NCBI GenBank assembly: GCA_965226375.1
Contig: CBDDCX010000008.1
Location: 64,001 to 128,000 of the forward strand
Length of the DNA stretch: 64,000 bases
Source of the DNA: Longimicrobiales bacterium
GTDB lineage: Bacteria; Gemmatimonadota; Gemmatimonadetes; Longimicrobiales; Gaopeijiaceae
Reading direction: 5' to 3'
Shown here: positions 29,808 through 39,551 of the stretch, piece after piece
Position numbering within the stretch: position 1 is the first letter of the stretch
How the letters are laid out: each line of letters begins with the position of its first letter
Program-made: the position numbers and the translations under genes
Notes under the pieces: generated by a model
The model's input: the letters and a program-made list of their open reading frames with translations, nothing else
What the model was told of the DNA's origin: nothing
The model's database searches: none

Positions 29808-30088
29808 TCTCGCCTCACGCTGTACGACTGAATCTCCGGGAGGAGCCCTTTTCTTTAAGGAAACCCTAAGCCGGAATTTCTTGAAGAATAGCGCCGATTT
29901 CGGCGTTTTGGCCAGTCCGTAGCCGAGATTTGGTGTAGGGGCTGGACCCGTCTCGTCTCCGGGCGCCGCTCGGTCGTAAAGTTGGCCTGTTGGCCGGCCC
30001 GACGTGTTTCGTTGCCCTAATCTGTCCAAGGGGTTGAATCCTGCCGAAAGCGAACCCCGCGACGGCTCTCGCCATCACGGGGTTCCCA

Positions 30089-30466
30089 CTACGCTTCACC
30101 CGACAGCTTGCCGTAGACCATTCCCACCGCCGCCCAGCCGACGAGGAGGAGTACGGCGCTCGCTCCTGCCGCTGCGATTCCACGTGTGCCATTCATCACG
30201 TAGAAAACGTCCACCAAGAGAATCTGCGAGATAGCGACGATCAGGCCTGACTTTACCGGGTTCTGTACGGCCACGTTTACCCAATCGAAGAATAGGACGA
30301 GCAGAACCGAGACGACCGCCAACGAGGCCCAGCCCGGCATCATGGCGCCGGTGGGGGCGTCGTTCGCATTGATTGGGCCGAAGAAATACATGAGCCCGAG
30401 TAGGAAGATGACGTACGCCGTGACCAACGCACCTAGAAGAGGCTTCAGTCTTGCGCTCATAAACAT
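30089..30466 (-). CDS. Small four-TM membrane protein, unknown function
   Basis: Four hydrophobic segments; AAGGGAG RBS before ATG 30466. Confidence 0.72.
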   Translation of the reverse strand: MFMSARLKPLLGALVTAYVIFLLGLMYFFGPINANDAPTGAMMPGWASLAVVSVLLVLFFDWVNVAVQNPVKSGLIVAISQILLVDVFYVMNGTRGIAAAGASAVLLLVGWAAVGMVYGKLSGEA

Positions 30467-30714
30467 GGCTCCCTTGTGGGGGAAGGAAGGATGGGCCATT
30501 GAGTGAGCCGGCGAAGCTCGATTGTTAGGTACGGTCCGGGACGGATCAGTGCAACGATTCTCTTCGGGGTCAAACGGGTGTGAGTTGGAGTCTAGAAGAC
30601 TTCTCGGCGTGTCGGGGACCTTGCGCGACCAGGGGGGAGTTAGATTCTCAGTTCCGTCTGTCCGGCGTTGCTCGTCGAATAACGCATGCATTCATGACAC
30701 TGATAAGGGGTGAG

Positions 30715-32322
30715 ATGCGACCGTTTCGTCGCCCGCTTGCCATAGCTCTGTTGTCCGTCCTTCTCTCGGGGTGTGGGGCCGCCGACGAGGCGGCCGTCGG
30801 GGGGAGCGCCCTCGATGGCCCGACTCTCGTGGTGCTCATCGTGGTCGATCAACTCCGACCCGACATGTTGGACCGATACGACCCCCACTTCAGCGGCGGT
30901 CTTCGGCGGCTGATGGACCGAGGATACCGGTTCCCGAACGGGACGCACGATCACGCCTACACCTTCACGGCGCCTGGACACACGACGTTGTCAACGGGTG
31001 TTTATCCCACCCGTCACGGAGTCGTGGGGAACGAGTGGTGGGAACTACGGGGCGACGAGTGGCAGGAAGTGTACTCCATGGCCGACCCGGCGGCCGGCAT
31101 CCTCGATTATCCCTCCATGGCCGGCCGCTCACCCGCCAACATGTATCGGGGTGGGCTAGCGGAGTGGATTTCGGCGTCGAACTCGGAGGCTCGTGTGGTT
31201 TCCATCTCCCGGAAGGACCGCGCCGCCATAGGGTTGGCGGGCCGGACCGCGGGGGAAGTCTATTGGATGGCCGATCCGGTGGCCGGGTTCATCACCTCGA
31301 GCTACTACCACTCGGAGTATCCCGCTTGGGTTCGGCGTTTCAACGAAGAGGTGATGCCAGGGATCTACTCCGATACGGTGTGGGAGAGTCGGGTGCCCGC
31401 GGAGGCGGAGTATCTCACCCGGCCCGATACGTCCGACTACGAGCTCCGCGGCAGGCGAGCCGTCTTCCCGTACCGCGCGTCGGAGGTGGTGGACATGGCC
31501 GATCCGGCAGCCCTGACCGTATGGCGTTCCCGGACTCCGGCCCCGGATGCGGCGGTCCTGGGTCTAGCCGAGGCTGCCATCGCAGAGTTGGAGTTGGGTC
31601 AACGGTCAGCCGTGGACTTCCTGGCCTTGTCGTTCTCACAGACCGACCGCATCGGTCATAATTATGGTCCGTTCAGCCGGGAGCAGCTGGACAACTTGTT
31701 GCACCTCGATGTCGTGCTCGACGATCTGTTCCGGATGCTGGATGATGCGGTGGGTGCCGAGGGCTGGGTGGCTGGCTTCTCCTCCGATCACGGCATCCTG
31801 GAGGTCCCCGAACACCTGGGCGAAACGGGCGTCGGCTCTCGTCGTTTGGGGCGCGAGGATATCGCTGCATTCCGACGGGCAGTGAATGGCGTCGTGAATG
31901 GAGGTGCGCAGGGGGAAGAGCTCGCGTGGGGCATCAAGTGGGCACTGGAGGAGCTCCCGTTCGTCGAGCGAGCCTACACCTTCGCGGAGGTGGAGGACGT
32001 CCAGTCTCGACCGGACTCCTTCGCGCTTCTATTCGACCGCTCCCTGGACAGGGAGCGGGCCGTAAGCCTTCCCTCACGGTACGGTGTCTACCATCGGTGG
32101 AAGCCCCATTACTTCGCGAGTAACGATGTGACCACCCACGGATCTCCGTACTACTACGACCGGACCGTGCCCATCATCTTCCTTGGGGCAGGGGTCGCTG
32201 CAGGGGTCTCCCACGAAGAGGCGGCCACCGTGGACGTGGCACCGACCCTGGCACACTTGGCCGGGATCGAGACTCCGGGCGACCTGGATGGCCGCGTCTT
32301 GCTGGAGACGCCCTCTCGCTGA
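30715..32322 (+). CDS. Alkaline phosphatase family (PafA-like) lipoprotein
   Basis: Lipobox LSGC, VVDQLR, TFTAPGH (Thr nucleophile type), SRKDRAAI, DRIGH, SSDHG, HGSPY. Confidence 0.9.
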   Translation: MRPFRRPLAIALLSVLLSGCGAADEAAVGGSALDGPTLVVLIVVDQLRPDMLDRYDPHFSGGLRRLMDRGYRFPNGTHDHAYTFTAPGHTTLSTGVYPTRHGVVGNEWWELRGDEWQEVYSMADPAAGILDYPSMAGRSPANMYRGGLAEWISASNSEARVVSISRKDRAAIGLAGRTAGEVYWMADPVAGFITSSYYHSEYPAWVRRFNEEVMPGIYSDTVWESRVPAEAEYLTRPDTSDYELRGRRAVFPYRASEVVDMADPAALTVWRSRTPAPDAAVLGLAEAAIAELELGQRSAVDFLALSFSQTDRIGHNYGPFSREQLDNLLHLDVVLDDLFRMLDDAVGAEGWVAGFSSDHGILEVPEHLGETGVGSRRLGREDIAAFRRAVNGVVNGGAQGEELAWGIKWALEELPFVERAYTFAEVEDVQSRPDSFALLFDRSLDRERAVSLPSRYGVYHRWKPHYFASNDVTTHGSPYYYDRTVPIIFLGAGVAAGVSHEEAATVDVAPTLAHLAGIETPGDLDGRVLLETPSR

Positions 32323-32339
32323 GCTGACCTACCCCACCG

Positions 32340-33230
32340 TCACGGTTCCACGAACGGTCCGCCGTCCCTGCTCGAGCCGCCGAGCACCTCGAAATCGCCG
32401 AACTCCGAGCCTATACCGATAGGACGGGAGCAGCTGGTGTGGATCTTGATGGGGTCTCCCCCGTCCACCGTGAGCGTGATCTCGGTCCCCATCTTGCCGC
32501 CGTCCAGACCCGTAAATGTGAATGAGGTCCCGCCGTCCACGGTGCCGCTGAAGAGCACGTTCCCGTTCTTGTCCGTTACCACAACGATGCCCGAGGGACC
32601 ATTGTTCAGCAGTGTGAGTTCGATCACGCCGCCCTTGCACTCGGAATCCGCCTTCTCGGACTTGGCGGACTTCTTCGACTTACACTTGCCGCTCTTGGCG
32701 CTCCTCTTGCTGTGCTTGCTCTTCACACGCTTGCTCTTTTTGCTCGGCCGGCACTCGTCGGGCGGCGGCCCATCGCCGGGAATCCAGGTGATGACGAACG
32801 CTTCGTCTGCTAGCGGTACGGTGGAGGTGACCGAGAGGGATGCGATGTCGATCCCGAGCAGACGCACCGGCGTGAGGAATTGGTCGGAGAGAGCGTAGAA
32901 GACGTTCGTACTCGGATGGAAGTCTCCGTGATGAGCGATGAAGACCGGAACGACACCGATGATGGGGTCGATAGCGGTTAGAGTGCCCACGAAGGAGGCA
33001 GGTCCCAGAACAGGATCGACCGTATAGAAATGGGCGGGAAACGCGGTGTTGACGTACAGTGCGCCACCGTTATCGAAGTCAAGACCGCCGTTGCGGGTGC
33101 CGAAGCCGGTGAATACAGGGTCGGATTCGCCAACGAGCGTTGCAAGGCCCGTTGTCTTGTCAATGCGGACCAGATCATCCTCCACGGGCTCCCACCACCC
33201 GAAGAGCTGTCCGGACGCGTCGATCGTGAT
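32340..33230 (-). pseudogene. 5'-truncated extracellular-type protein (propeller-like repeats, K/S-rich linker, C-terminal IHTSCS domain)
   Basis: Protein-like sequence starts abruptly at ITIDASGQLFGW, at the IS481 terminal repeat, with no native start or signal peptide. Confidence 0.7.
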
Positions 33231-33275
33231 GTGAGCCCGAACCCTGATGGGTAACAAAAACTGAACCTTGATGGG

Positions 33276-33338
33276 TTACAGTTTTGGGTTACGAGAAGGG
33301 GAGCCATCGTGGTCTAGGATGGCTCCTTTTTTTAAGTG
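33276..33338 (-). pseudogene. IS481 transposase, last exon-like segment (HLKKGAILDHDGSPSRNPKL*)
   Basis: Removing intron 33339-35238 joins ...SLGWM to HLKKG... in frame, ending at TAA 33276-33278. Confidence 0.8.
33296..33333 (+). terminator. Intrinsic terminator-like hairpin (GGAGCCATC/GATGGCTCC + T7), the intron target
   Basis: 9-bp perfect stem (33300-33308/33318-33326), T-run at 33327-33333, 5 nt before the intron start. Confidence 0.8.
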
Positions 33339-33755
33339 GTGGGCCCGGCATGGGCGATGACTTGGAGGTGAAAGTCCTCCCGGAACCTGGTCGCAGGGAC
33401 CGAAGGGAAGCGCAAGGCGTTCGTCGTGAGGCGTACGCTGAACGAAGCGTGAAACGAACCCGTGAGTCGACGAACAGGAACCGGATACGAGGTGCTGCGG
33501 ACCGGGGCGAGCGGACCACTGACCGCGAAGCTCCTGCGACCAAGGGGAAGCGGCGTAGATCCGGCGATTGTGCGGGGAAGGTCATCGTTCTTACCCGGGG
33601 AGGTCTCGCCTGACGCCTGAAAGGGCGACGCCGGCATTGCGCTGTTGGGCCTGCCGGCGGAGCGAGAAGTCAGCAGAGGCCATAGTAGGCCGACGAAGTG
33701 CATGATGCGCTTGGACCCAGCTTTGTCGGACGAAGGGCCGAACGGAGAGGAGAGT

Positions 33756-35147
33756 GTGACGACCGTGGATCTCGAGAAGGCCATGCGCCAGGAGTCCAGG
33801 CAACTGGAGCTCCCGCTGGAGGATAGGGGTGAAGCCCCGAAGGTAGAGGGGAGTGGCGAAGCCGGAACGGTGGCCCATGGAGACGAGCGCTCAGGAAGCG
33901 AGCATCTCCTGATGGAGGAGGTGGTCGGGCGTGCCAACCTCGTAGGAGCGTTGAAACGCGTGCGGCAGAATAAGGGCAGTCCGGGCATCGACGGGATGAG
34001 CGTGGAGGAGCTGCCAGAGTACTTGCGCAGGCACTGGGGGGAGATCCGACAGCGGTTGCTGGCGGGGACCTACCAACCGAAGCCGGTACGAAGGCAGGAG
34101 ATACCGAAGAGTGGGGGAGGGGTCCGGGAGTTGGGGATTCCGACCGTGCTGGACCGGTTCATCCAACAAGCCATCCTGCAGGTGCTGCAACCGAGGTTCG
34201 ACCCGACGTTCAGTCGGCACAGCCACGGCTTCCGGCCTGGGCGCCGAGCACACGATGCGGTGCGCGAAGCGCAGCAATACATCCAGGAAGGGAGACGATG
34301 GGTGGTGGATGTGGACCTGGAGAAGTTTTTCGACCGGGTGAACCACGACGTGCTGATGGGGCGGCTGGCAAAGCGGATCGAGGATAAGGCGATGCTGCGG
34401 ATCCTCCGTCGCTACCTGGAAGCCGGAGTCATGGCGAACGGGGTGGTGATGGAGCGGCACATGGGGACGCCTCAGGGCGGACCGTTGTCGCCGTTGCTGG
34501 CGAACGTGCTCCTGGACGAAGTGGACAAGGAGTTGGAGCTACGCGGACACGCGTTTGTCCGGTACGCCGATGACTGCAATGTATACGTGCGGTCGAGGCG
34601 GGCAGGACAACGTGTGATGCAGGCGCTGAGGCACTTGTACGGGAAACTTCGGCTTCAGGTCAACGAGGAAAAGAGCGCGGTGGCGCGAGTGTGGGATCGA
34701 CAGTTCCTGGGCTACAGCTTCTGGGTAGCGGCAGGGAAGGTCGTGAAGCGCCGGGTCAGCAAGAAGGCCCTGACGAAGTTCAAGGAGCGAGTCCGGCAGA
34801 TTACAAGCCGGAGTGGCGGGCGGAGCCTGCAACAGGTGGCGGAAGAGCTACGGCGCTACGTGCTGGGGTGGAAGGCATACTTCGGCTTAGCGGATACACC
34901 GGGGGTTTTCCGAGACCTGGACCAATGGATCCACCGCCGGCTGCGTACGTTGCAATTACGCCAGTGGAAACGGGGAAGGACAGCGTACCGGGAGTTGAGG
35001 GCTCGCGGTGTGAGCGAGAACCTCGCCTGGCGAGCTGCTCGGTTCGCGCGAAGCTGGTGGCACGTGGCCGCGCACCACGCCCTGCACACGGCCTTGCCAG
35101 GGGCGTACTTCGACGAGCTGGGTGTGCCCCGGCTCACGCCGTACTGA
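33756..35147 (+). CDS. ltrA: Group II intron reverse transcriptase/maturase (no endonuclease domain)
   Basis: NKGSPGIDG, RELGIPTVLDR, SHGFRPGR, DLEKFFD, GTPQGGPLSPLLAN, YADD, FLGY, domain X. GTG start with GGAGAGG RBS. Confidence 0.95.
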   Translation: MTTVDLEKAMRQESRQLELPLEDRGEAPKVEGSGEAGTVAHGDERSGSEHLLMEEVVGRANLVGALKRVRQNKGSPGIDGMSVEELPEYLRRHWGEIRQRLLAGTYQPKPVRRQEIPKSGGGVRELGIPTVLDRFIQQAILQVLQPRFDPTFSRHSHGFRPGRRAHDAVREAQQYIQEGRRWVVDVDLEKFFDRVNHDVLMGRLAKRIEDKAMLRILRRYLEAGVMANGVVMERHMGTPQGGPLSPLLANVLLDEVDKELELRGHAFVRYADDCNVYVRSRRAGQRVMQALRHLYGKLRLQVNEEKSAVARVWDRQFLGYSFWVAAGKVVKRRVSKKALTKFKERVRQITSRSGGRSLQQVAEELRRYVLGWKAYFGLADTPGVFRDLDQWIHRRLRTLQLRQWKRGRTAYRELRARGVSENLAWRAARFARSWWHVAAHHALHTALPGAYFDELGVPRLTPY

Positions 35148-35161
35148 CCTCAACTCACCGA

Positions 35162-35238
35162 ACCGCCAGGTGCGGACCCGCATGCCTGGTGGTGTGGGAG
35201 GGGAAGGACCGGGATCGCCGGTCCTCCCCTATCCCGAT
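35162..35238 (+). ncRNA. Group II intron catalytic domains V-VI
   Basis: ACCGCCAGGTGCGGACCCGCATGCCTGGTGGT hairpin, followed by a D6 stem with a bulged A. Confidence 0.9.
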
Positions 35239-35763
35239 CATCCAACCGAGAGAGACAGGGCCAAAGTAGACGGCCCAGACGTCGTGGTCGATCTCTTCGA
35301 GGCCGATGTAATCTCCGCCGAGCAGGTGAGAGACGTTGATCCAGCGTGAGTGCCATCGGATTCCTCCGTTCGTTGAGACTTTGCGGACTTCGAAGTGAGC
35401 AGGGTAGTCGGGTGTGGTCAGCTTCGAGGGAAAGGACCGGGTCGAAGGTTGATAAGCAGAGACAGGTGGCTTTTGAGCGAGCGCTTCGTGGGGCCGGATC
35501 TCGTTGAAGTCGGTAAGGAAGGCGTTGAAGCGTTTCTGCTGGGCGGAGCGGTTTCCGGCCGGCGGGATGGTGGCTTCGGCCTTGAGGTCTTTATGCATGC
35601 GTTCGTGACGGCCATTCTGCTGGGGTGAAGCCGGCTCGATGAGGTCGGGCAGGATACCGAGCTTGATCCACCAGACCGAGAGACGAGAGAGTCGGCCGAG
35701 GGCGATGGAAGCGAAGGGGGTGCCGTTGTCGGTGCGGATGCGAGCGGGGAGCCCGTACTTGCG
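35239..35763 (-). pseudogene. IS481 transposase, catalytic-core/C-terminal fragment
   Basis: YGLPARIRTDNGTPF, PQQNGRHERMH, NEIRPHEAL, RKVSTNGGIRW. Confidence 0.88.
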
Positions 35764-35804
35764 GCGGAACCTGTCAACGACAATGGGACACTCTACGGGA
35801 TTAA

Positions 35805-36812
35805 TTAGAGAGCAATGTCCTGTGTGGTGAGGGAAGGGATGGGAGGATTGATGAAGACGGCCTCCGGGAGCGGTTTGGGCTTCGGCACACCTCTGACGAA
35901 GCGTTCGGGATGAGCGGCCCATGCTTCGCGGAGCACGGATTTCCTGCCGGCAATGACCTGATCGGCGTTCCCGAAGTGGACCTGCTCGGGGGTTAGCATC
36001 GAGATGCCGCCATGGCGGTGCTCGGCATTGTACCAGCGGAAGAACGATCGACAGAACGTCTTGGCTTGGCCCTGATCCCCGAACCGTCCGGGAAACGAGG
36101 GATGGTACTTCAAGGTTTTGAACTGAGCCTCGGAAAACGGGTTGTCATCCGACACCTGAGGCCGGCTCAACGAGCGGGTCACGCCGAGGTCAGCGAGAAG
36201 TTGAGCGGTGCATTGGCTCGTCATTGGAGCTCCCCGATCCGAGTGCAGGGTCAGGACCCGGGGCTGGACGCCATGCTTCAGGCAGCTCTGCTGGATCAAC
36301 CGGCCGGCCAGGGCCGAGTTCTCCCGGTCCGCCACCATCCAGCCCACGACGTAGCGGCTGTAGATGTCCATGATGACGTAGAGGTAGTAATAGCTCCACT
36401 TCTTCGGCCCGAGCAGCCGCGTGATATCCCAGGACCACACCTGGTTCGGCGCCGTGGCCATCAACTCGGGCTTCTTGTACTCGGGATGGGTGCGCTGCGC
36501 CCGGCGTTCCTGAACCGGCACCTCGGAGGCCAGAACACGATACATCGTGCGTTCGCTGCACAGGTAGACCTCTTCGTCGAGCAGCGTGGCCACCACCTCG
36601 GCGGGTGAGCGGTCCACGAACCGCTCCGAACACAGCGTGTCGAAGACCTCGCCTCGTTCCGTCTCGCTCAATGCCCGGGCGGGCGTCGGGCGGGGCTGCT
36701 GTTGCCCGGTTGATGGGCCTCGACGACGGTACAACGTCGATCGGGAGACCTCGAGGGCCGCGCACGCCGGTTTTACACCGACGTGCTTAGCCAGCTCATC
36801 GGCCGCCTTCAA
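35805..36812 (-). CDS. IS3 transposase OrfB (DDE integrase core)
   Basis: APNQVWSWDIT, DIYSRYVVGW, LHSDRG, DNPFSEAQFKTLK, WYNAEHRH. Confidence 0.92.
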   Translation of the reverse strand: MKAADELAKHVGVKPACAALEVSRSTLYRRRGPSTGQQQPRPTPARALSETERGEVFDTLCSERFVDRSPAEVVATLLDEEVYLCSERTMYRVLASEVPVQERRAQRTHPEYKKPELMATAPNQVWSWDITRLLGPKKWSYYYLYVIMDIYSRYVVGWMVADRENSALAGRLIQQSCLKHGVQPRVLTLHSDRGAPMTSQCTAQLLADLGVTRSLSRPQVSDDNPFSEAQFKTLKYHPSFPGRFGDQGQAKTFCRSFFRWYNAEHRHGGISMLTPEQVHFGNADQVIAGRKSVLREAWAAHPERFVRGVPKPKPLPEAVFINPPIPSLTTQDIAL

Positions 36813-37238
36813 GAGTTTGTCCCGTCGTCGAGGCTTATCCCCAGCAGCCCCGCAACTTTTCCCTGCACGTCGATGATCAGGTGTGCCTTCCTGAGCTCAT
36901 TCCTCGAGCCGTGCGTTTCGCCGCTCCAGCTTGCGTACCTTCTCATCCAGCGGATTTCGCTCCGGCTTGCGGCCGCGTTTCTTCGACAGGGCCTTCAGCG
37001 ACCCGCTATGCGCCGCCTTGCGCCACGTCGTCAGGTGCGACGAGTACAGGCCCTCTCGCCGCAGGACTTGACCCACCTCGCCGGGCTCGGTGCACCGGTC
37101 CGCTTCTTCGACGATCCGCAGCTTGTACGACGGACTGAACCGCCGCCGTAGCGGCCTATCTACTACCTCCGGGTCCGCAGGAGCTGCCGCGCTTCGCTTG
37201 GCCTCCCCGGTTCCAGGGGCACTACCATTCTCTGCCAT
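36809..37238 (-). pseudogene. IS3 OrfA, interrupted by an apparent 1-nt insertion near 36900
   Basis: RRRFSPSYKLRIVEEADRC...LRREGLYSSHLTTWR stops at 36897; the typical tail ELRKAHLIIDVQGKVAGLLG continues in the adjacent frame. Confidence 0.75.
36857..36863 (-). other. Candidate -1 programmed frameshift heptamer G_GGA_AAA (orfA to orfB)
   Basis: X_XXY_YYZ pattern in the orfA tail; the -1 frame is open into OrfB. Confidence 0.6.
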
Positions 37239-37331
37239 TCTCTCTCGCAGTCCCAACATGTTCGTTTTCTCTGCCTTCGCCCTACTCTAATTCTTTGCGT
37301 GCTCCGTGTCTCACGTACGTTGGCAGAGAGG

Positions 37332-37806
37332 GCGGAAAAGGCGAGTAAAGACGCGACGGGAAGCAGAGTAGGTAGTGCCCTCGAGCCCCTGGCAGGCGAG
37401 TAGATAACGACTGAAGCCATCCTGGACGGTGAGTGGGTAGCAGTAGCGACCGTCGAGGGTCTTAAACTGACCCTTGAAGTCAGCCGACCAGATGGCGTTG
37501 GGTGCGTCGAAGGGAGCTGTGGGCCTGCCGGGATGCGGACGCCTACGACTCCTGCGCGGCTTCTTCACGAGTCCCTCACGGAGGAAGTATTTGTGGCTCA
37601 GTGGTGTGTGGATGCGCCCGGACACGATGCGGGCGATCTCCGAGGCCATCAGGTCCTTCGGATTCGTAGCGCTCGATCCACTTGTAGCCGGTCTTACGGC
37701 TGACGCCGTGGCGCAGGCAGAGCTCGGTGTGCGAGAATAGGCCACCCGTGGCCTCGAGAATGAATCGCTTACATTCGTTCATGGGATCGGTCTCCAACCA
37801 TGGCAT
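37332..37806 (-). pseudogene. IS481 transposase N-terminal fragments (internal deletion/frameshift near 37590)
   Basis: MPWLETDPM...GVSRKTGYKWIERY with AAGGAGGT RBS, then WSADFKG...CYPLTVQDGFSRYLL in another frame. Confidence 0.88.
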
Positions 37807-37896
37807 AGCACCTCCTTGTGGAGGGCCATGTTAGGATCTGAGACGGTCACCCATCATGGTTCAGTAAACTGTTACCTATCATGGGTCAGCGTACCT

Positions 37897-39477
37897 GGCA
37901 ACGTGGCTAACCTCCTGTTGGTGCGTGCCGAGGCGCGCCAGAAGGAAGTGGCGATCCGCACGGCCATGGGTGCCGGTCGCGCCGATCTGGCGTGGTCCTT
38001 CCTCACGGAGAGTGTGACGCTCGCCCTTGTCGGGGGAGCGATGGGGGCGGTCCTGGCCTTCGGGGGCATGCGGCTCCTGCATGCATTGGGTCCGTCCAGC
38101 CTTCCGCGCCTCTCCGAGCTGAACGTCGATGCCACTGCGTTGGCCTTCGCCGCCACAGTCTCGCTGGTGTCGGGTGTTCTGTTCGGGCTGATTCCAGTCC
38201 TCCGCTACGGCGCCCCACGCACTGGGGCCGTGCTCAGGGACGGATCGCGGGGCTCCACGGGGGGCCGGGAGCGGCACAGGGTCAGGAGCGCTCTCGTCGT
38301 ACTGCAGACCGCGTTCGCGCTCATGCTGCTCATCGGATCCGGCCTCATGGTCCGTACTTTTCACCAGCTCACCAAGGTGGATCCGGGATTCGACGGTGCG
38401 AACGTGCTCACGCTGCGGTTGGCGCCACCGCCTTCGGCGTATGGTACGCCGGAGGAGCGGGCCTCGTTTTATCATCAGGCCCTGGACCGAATCGGGGCCT
38501 TGCCGGGTGTCGAGTCGGTGGGCGCTATCAGTCAGCTCCCCCTTACAGGGGCGGGCAGTTGGGATCCACTGAGCATCGAGGATCAGCTCCCCGAGTCTGC
38601 GGGCGGTTTACCGCCCATCGCTCCGGTGGCGGTGGTCGATCCCGGGTTCTTCGAGACTTTGCGCATCCCGCTGCTTCGGGGGCGGATGCTCGAGCGTCGA
38701 GACGTCACAACGCGGTCGGGAGCGGTGTTGGTGAGCCGCACCCTCGTGGACCAGTTCTTCCCCGATGAGGATCCCATCGGCAAGCGCCTAGCCCACGGAA
38801 TGCCCGATGAGGTGACACGGTCCACGGTGGTGGGGGTCGTGGGAGACGTACATCAGGAGTCCTTGAGCCGGCCGCCGTACGGTATCGTCTACTACGCCAT
38901 CACTCCGGTGGAGGGCACGAATCTGGATTACAGCACCGGGGTTCTGTCCTACACCATCCGTACGTCGGGCGGGATCGAGGGACTGCTTCCTGCGATTCGC
39001 CGGGAGATCGCCGGCCTCGACCCGAACCTGGCTATCAGCGGGATCCGTTTCATAGACGAGGTCCTCGCGGGCGCGACGGCCCAGGTGTCCTTTACCATGA
39101 TCATGCCTGCTATCGCAGCATTCATGGGTTTGGCCCTGGGCGCGGTGGGCATCTACGGTGTGGTGTCGTATGTAACCAGCCAGCGTACCCGAGCAATCGG
39201 CGTGCGCATGGCGTTGGGGGCCGGAGCCGCGCAGGTGAGGACCATGGTCATGCGGGAGAGTGCGCTCGTGACGGCGACGGGTTTGACGGTCGGCGTGTTG
39301 GGGAGCTTCGGTCTCACTCGTTTCCTCGAGGCCATGCTGTTCGGAATAACGCCGACGGATCCCGTGACGTTTGCTTCGGTGACCGTCGCGCTGCTGGGCG
39401 TCAGCCTCTTGGCCACCTACGTCCCGGCGCGCCGCGCGGCCGGAACGGATCCTATGGAGGCGCTTCGCCAGGAATAG
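37897..39477 (+). pseudogene. 5'-truncated ADOP/MacB-FtsX-type duplicated ABC permease
   Basis: Begins mid-protein at NVANLLLVRAEARQKEVAIRTAMGA right after the IS481 end. GIYGVVSY...IGVRMALGA, PARRAA..DPMEALR. Confidence 0.85.
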
Positions 39478-39551
39478 GGAGGCACGCTGGGGCGGTGGTG
39501 GGCCCGCCCTTGGCCCTCGGTCCTGAAGCTGTGCCATTGCCCGAGCCTTGA

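Larger units (their letters stand above)
33339..35238 (+). mobile_element. Group II intron, class C (IIC)
   Basis: 5' GTGGGCCCGGCATGGG (GTGCG-like), 32-nt domain V at 35162-35193 with CGC triad, domain VI ending CTATCCCGAT, inserted after a terminator hairpin. Confidence 0.93.
35772..37325 (-). mobile_element. IS3-family insertion sequence
   Basis: Inverted termini TGTCAACGACAATGGGACAC / TGCCAACGTACGTGAGACAC (TG...CA) enclosing orfA and orfB. Confidence 0.9.
33230..37893 (-). mobile_element. Decayed IS481-family element hosting a group II intron and an IS3 element
   Basis: Imperfect inverted termini at 33239-33281 and 37844-37887, each with two internal ~19-bp repeats (GAACCnTGATGGGTnACA-like). 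Transposase pieces lie in between. Exact tips uncertain by a few bp. Confidence 0.85.

Noticed and set aside
28338..29831. 497-aa plus-strand ORF
   Set aside because: Antisense shadow of the DUF1592 gene.
33645..33755. ORF-track N-terminal extension of the intron RT
   Set aside because: Lies in intron RNA domains; a better RBS precedes GTG 33756.
33756..35147. RT as retron, DGR or CRISPR-associated RT
   Set aside because: Domain X, intron 5' end, D5/D6 and precise host-gene interruption identify a group II intron. No TR/VR pair, msr-msd or cas genes were seen.
37816..37896. ORF-track N-terminus of the permease (MWRAMLGSET...)
   Set aside because: It is the IS481 terminal sequence read in frame by chance.
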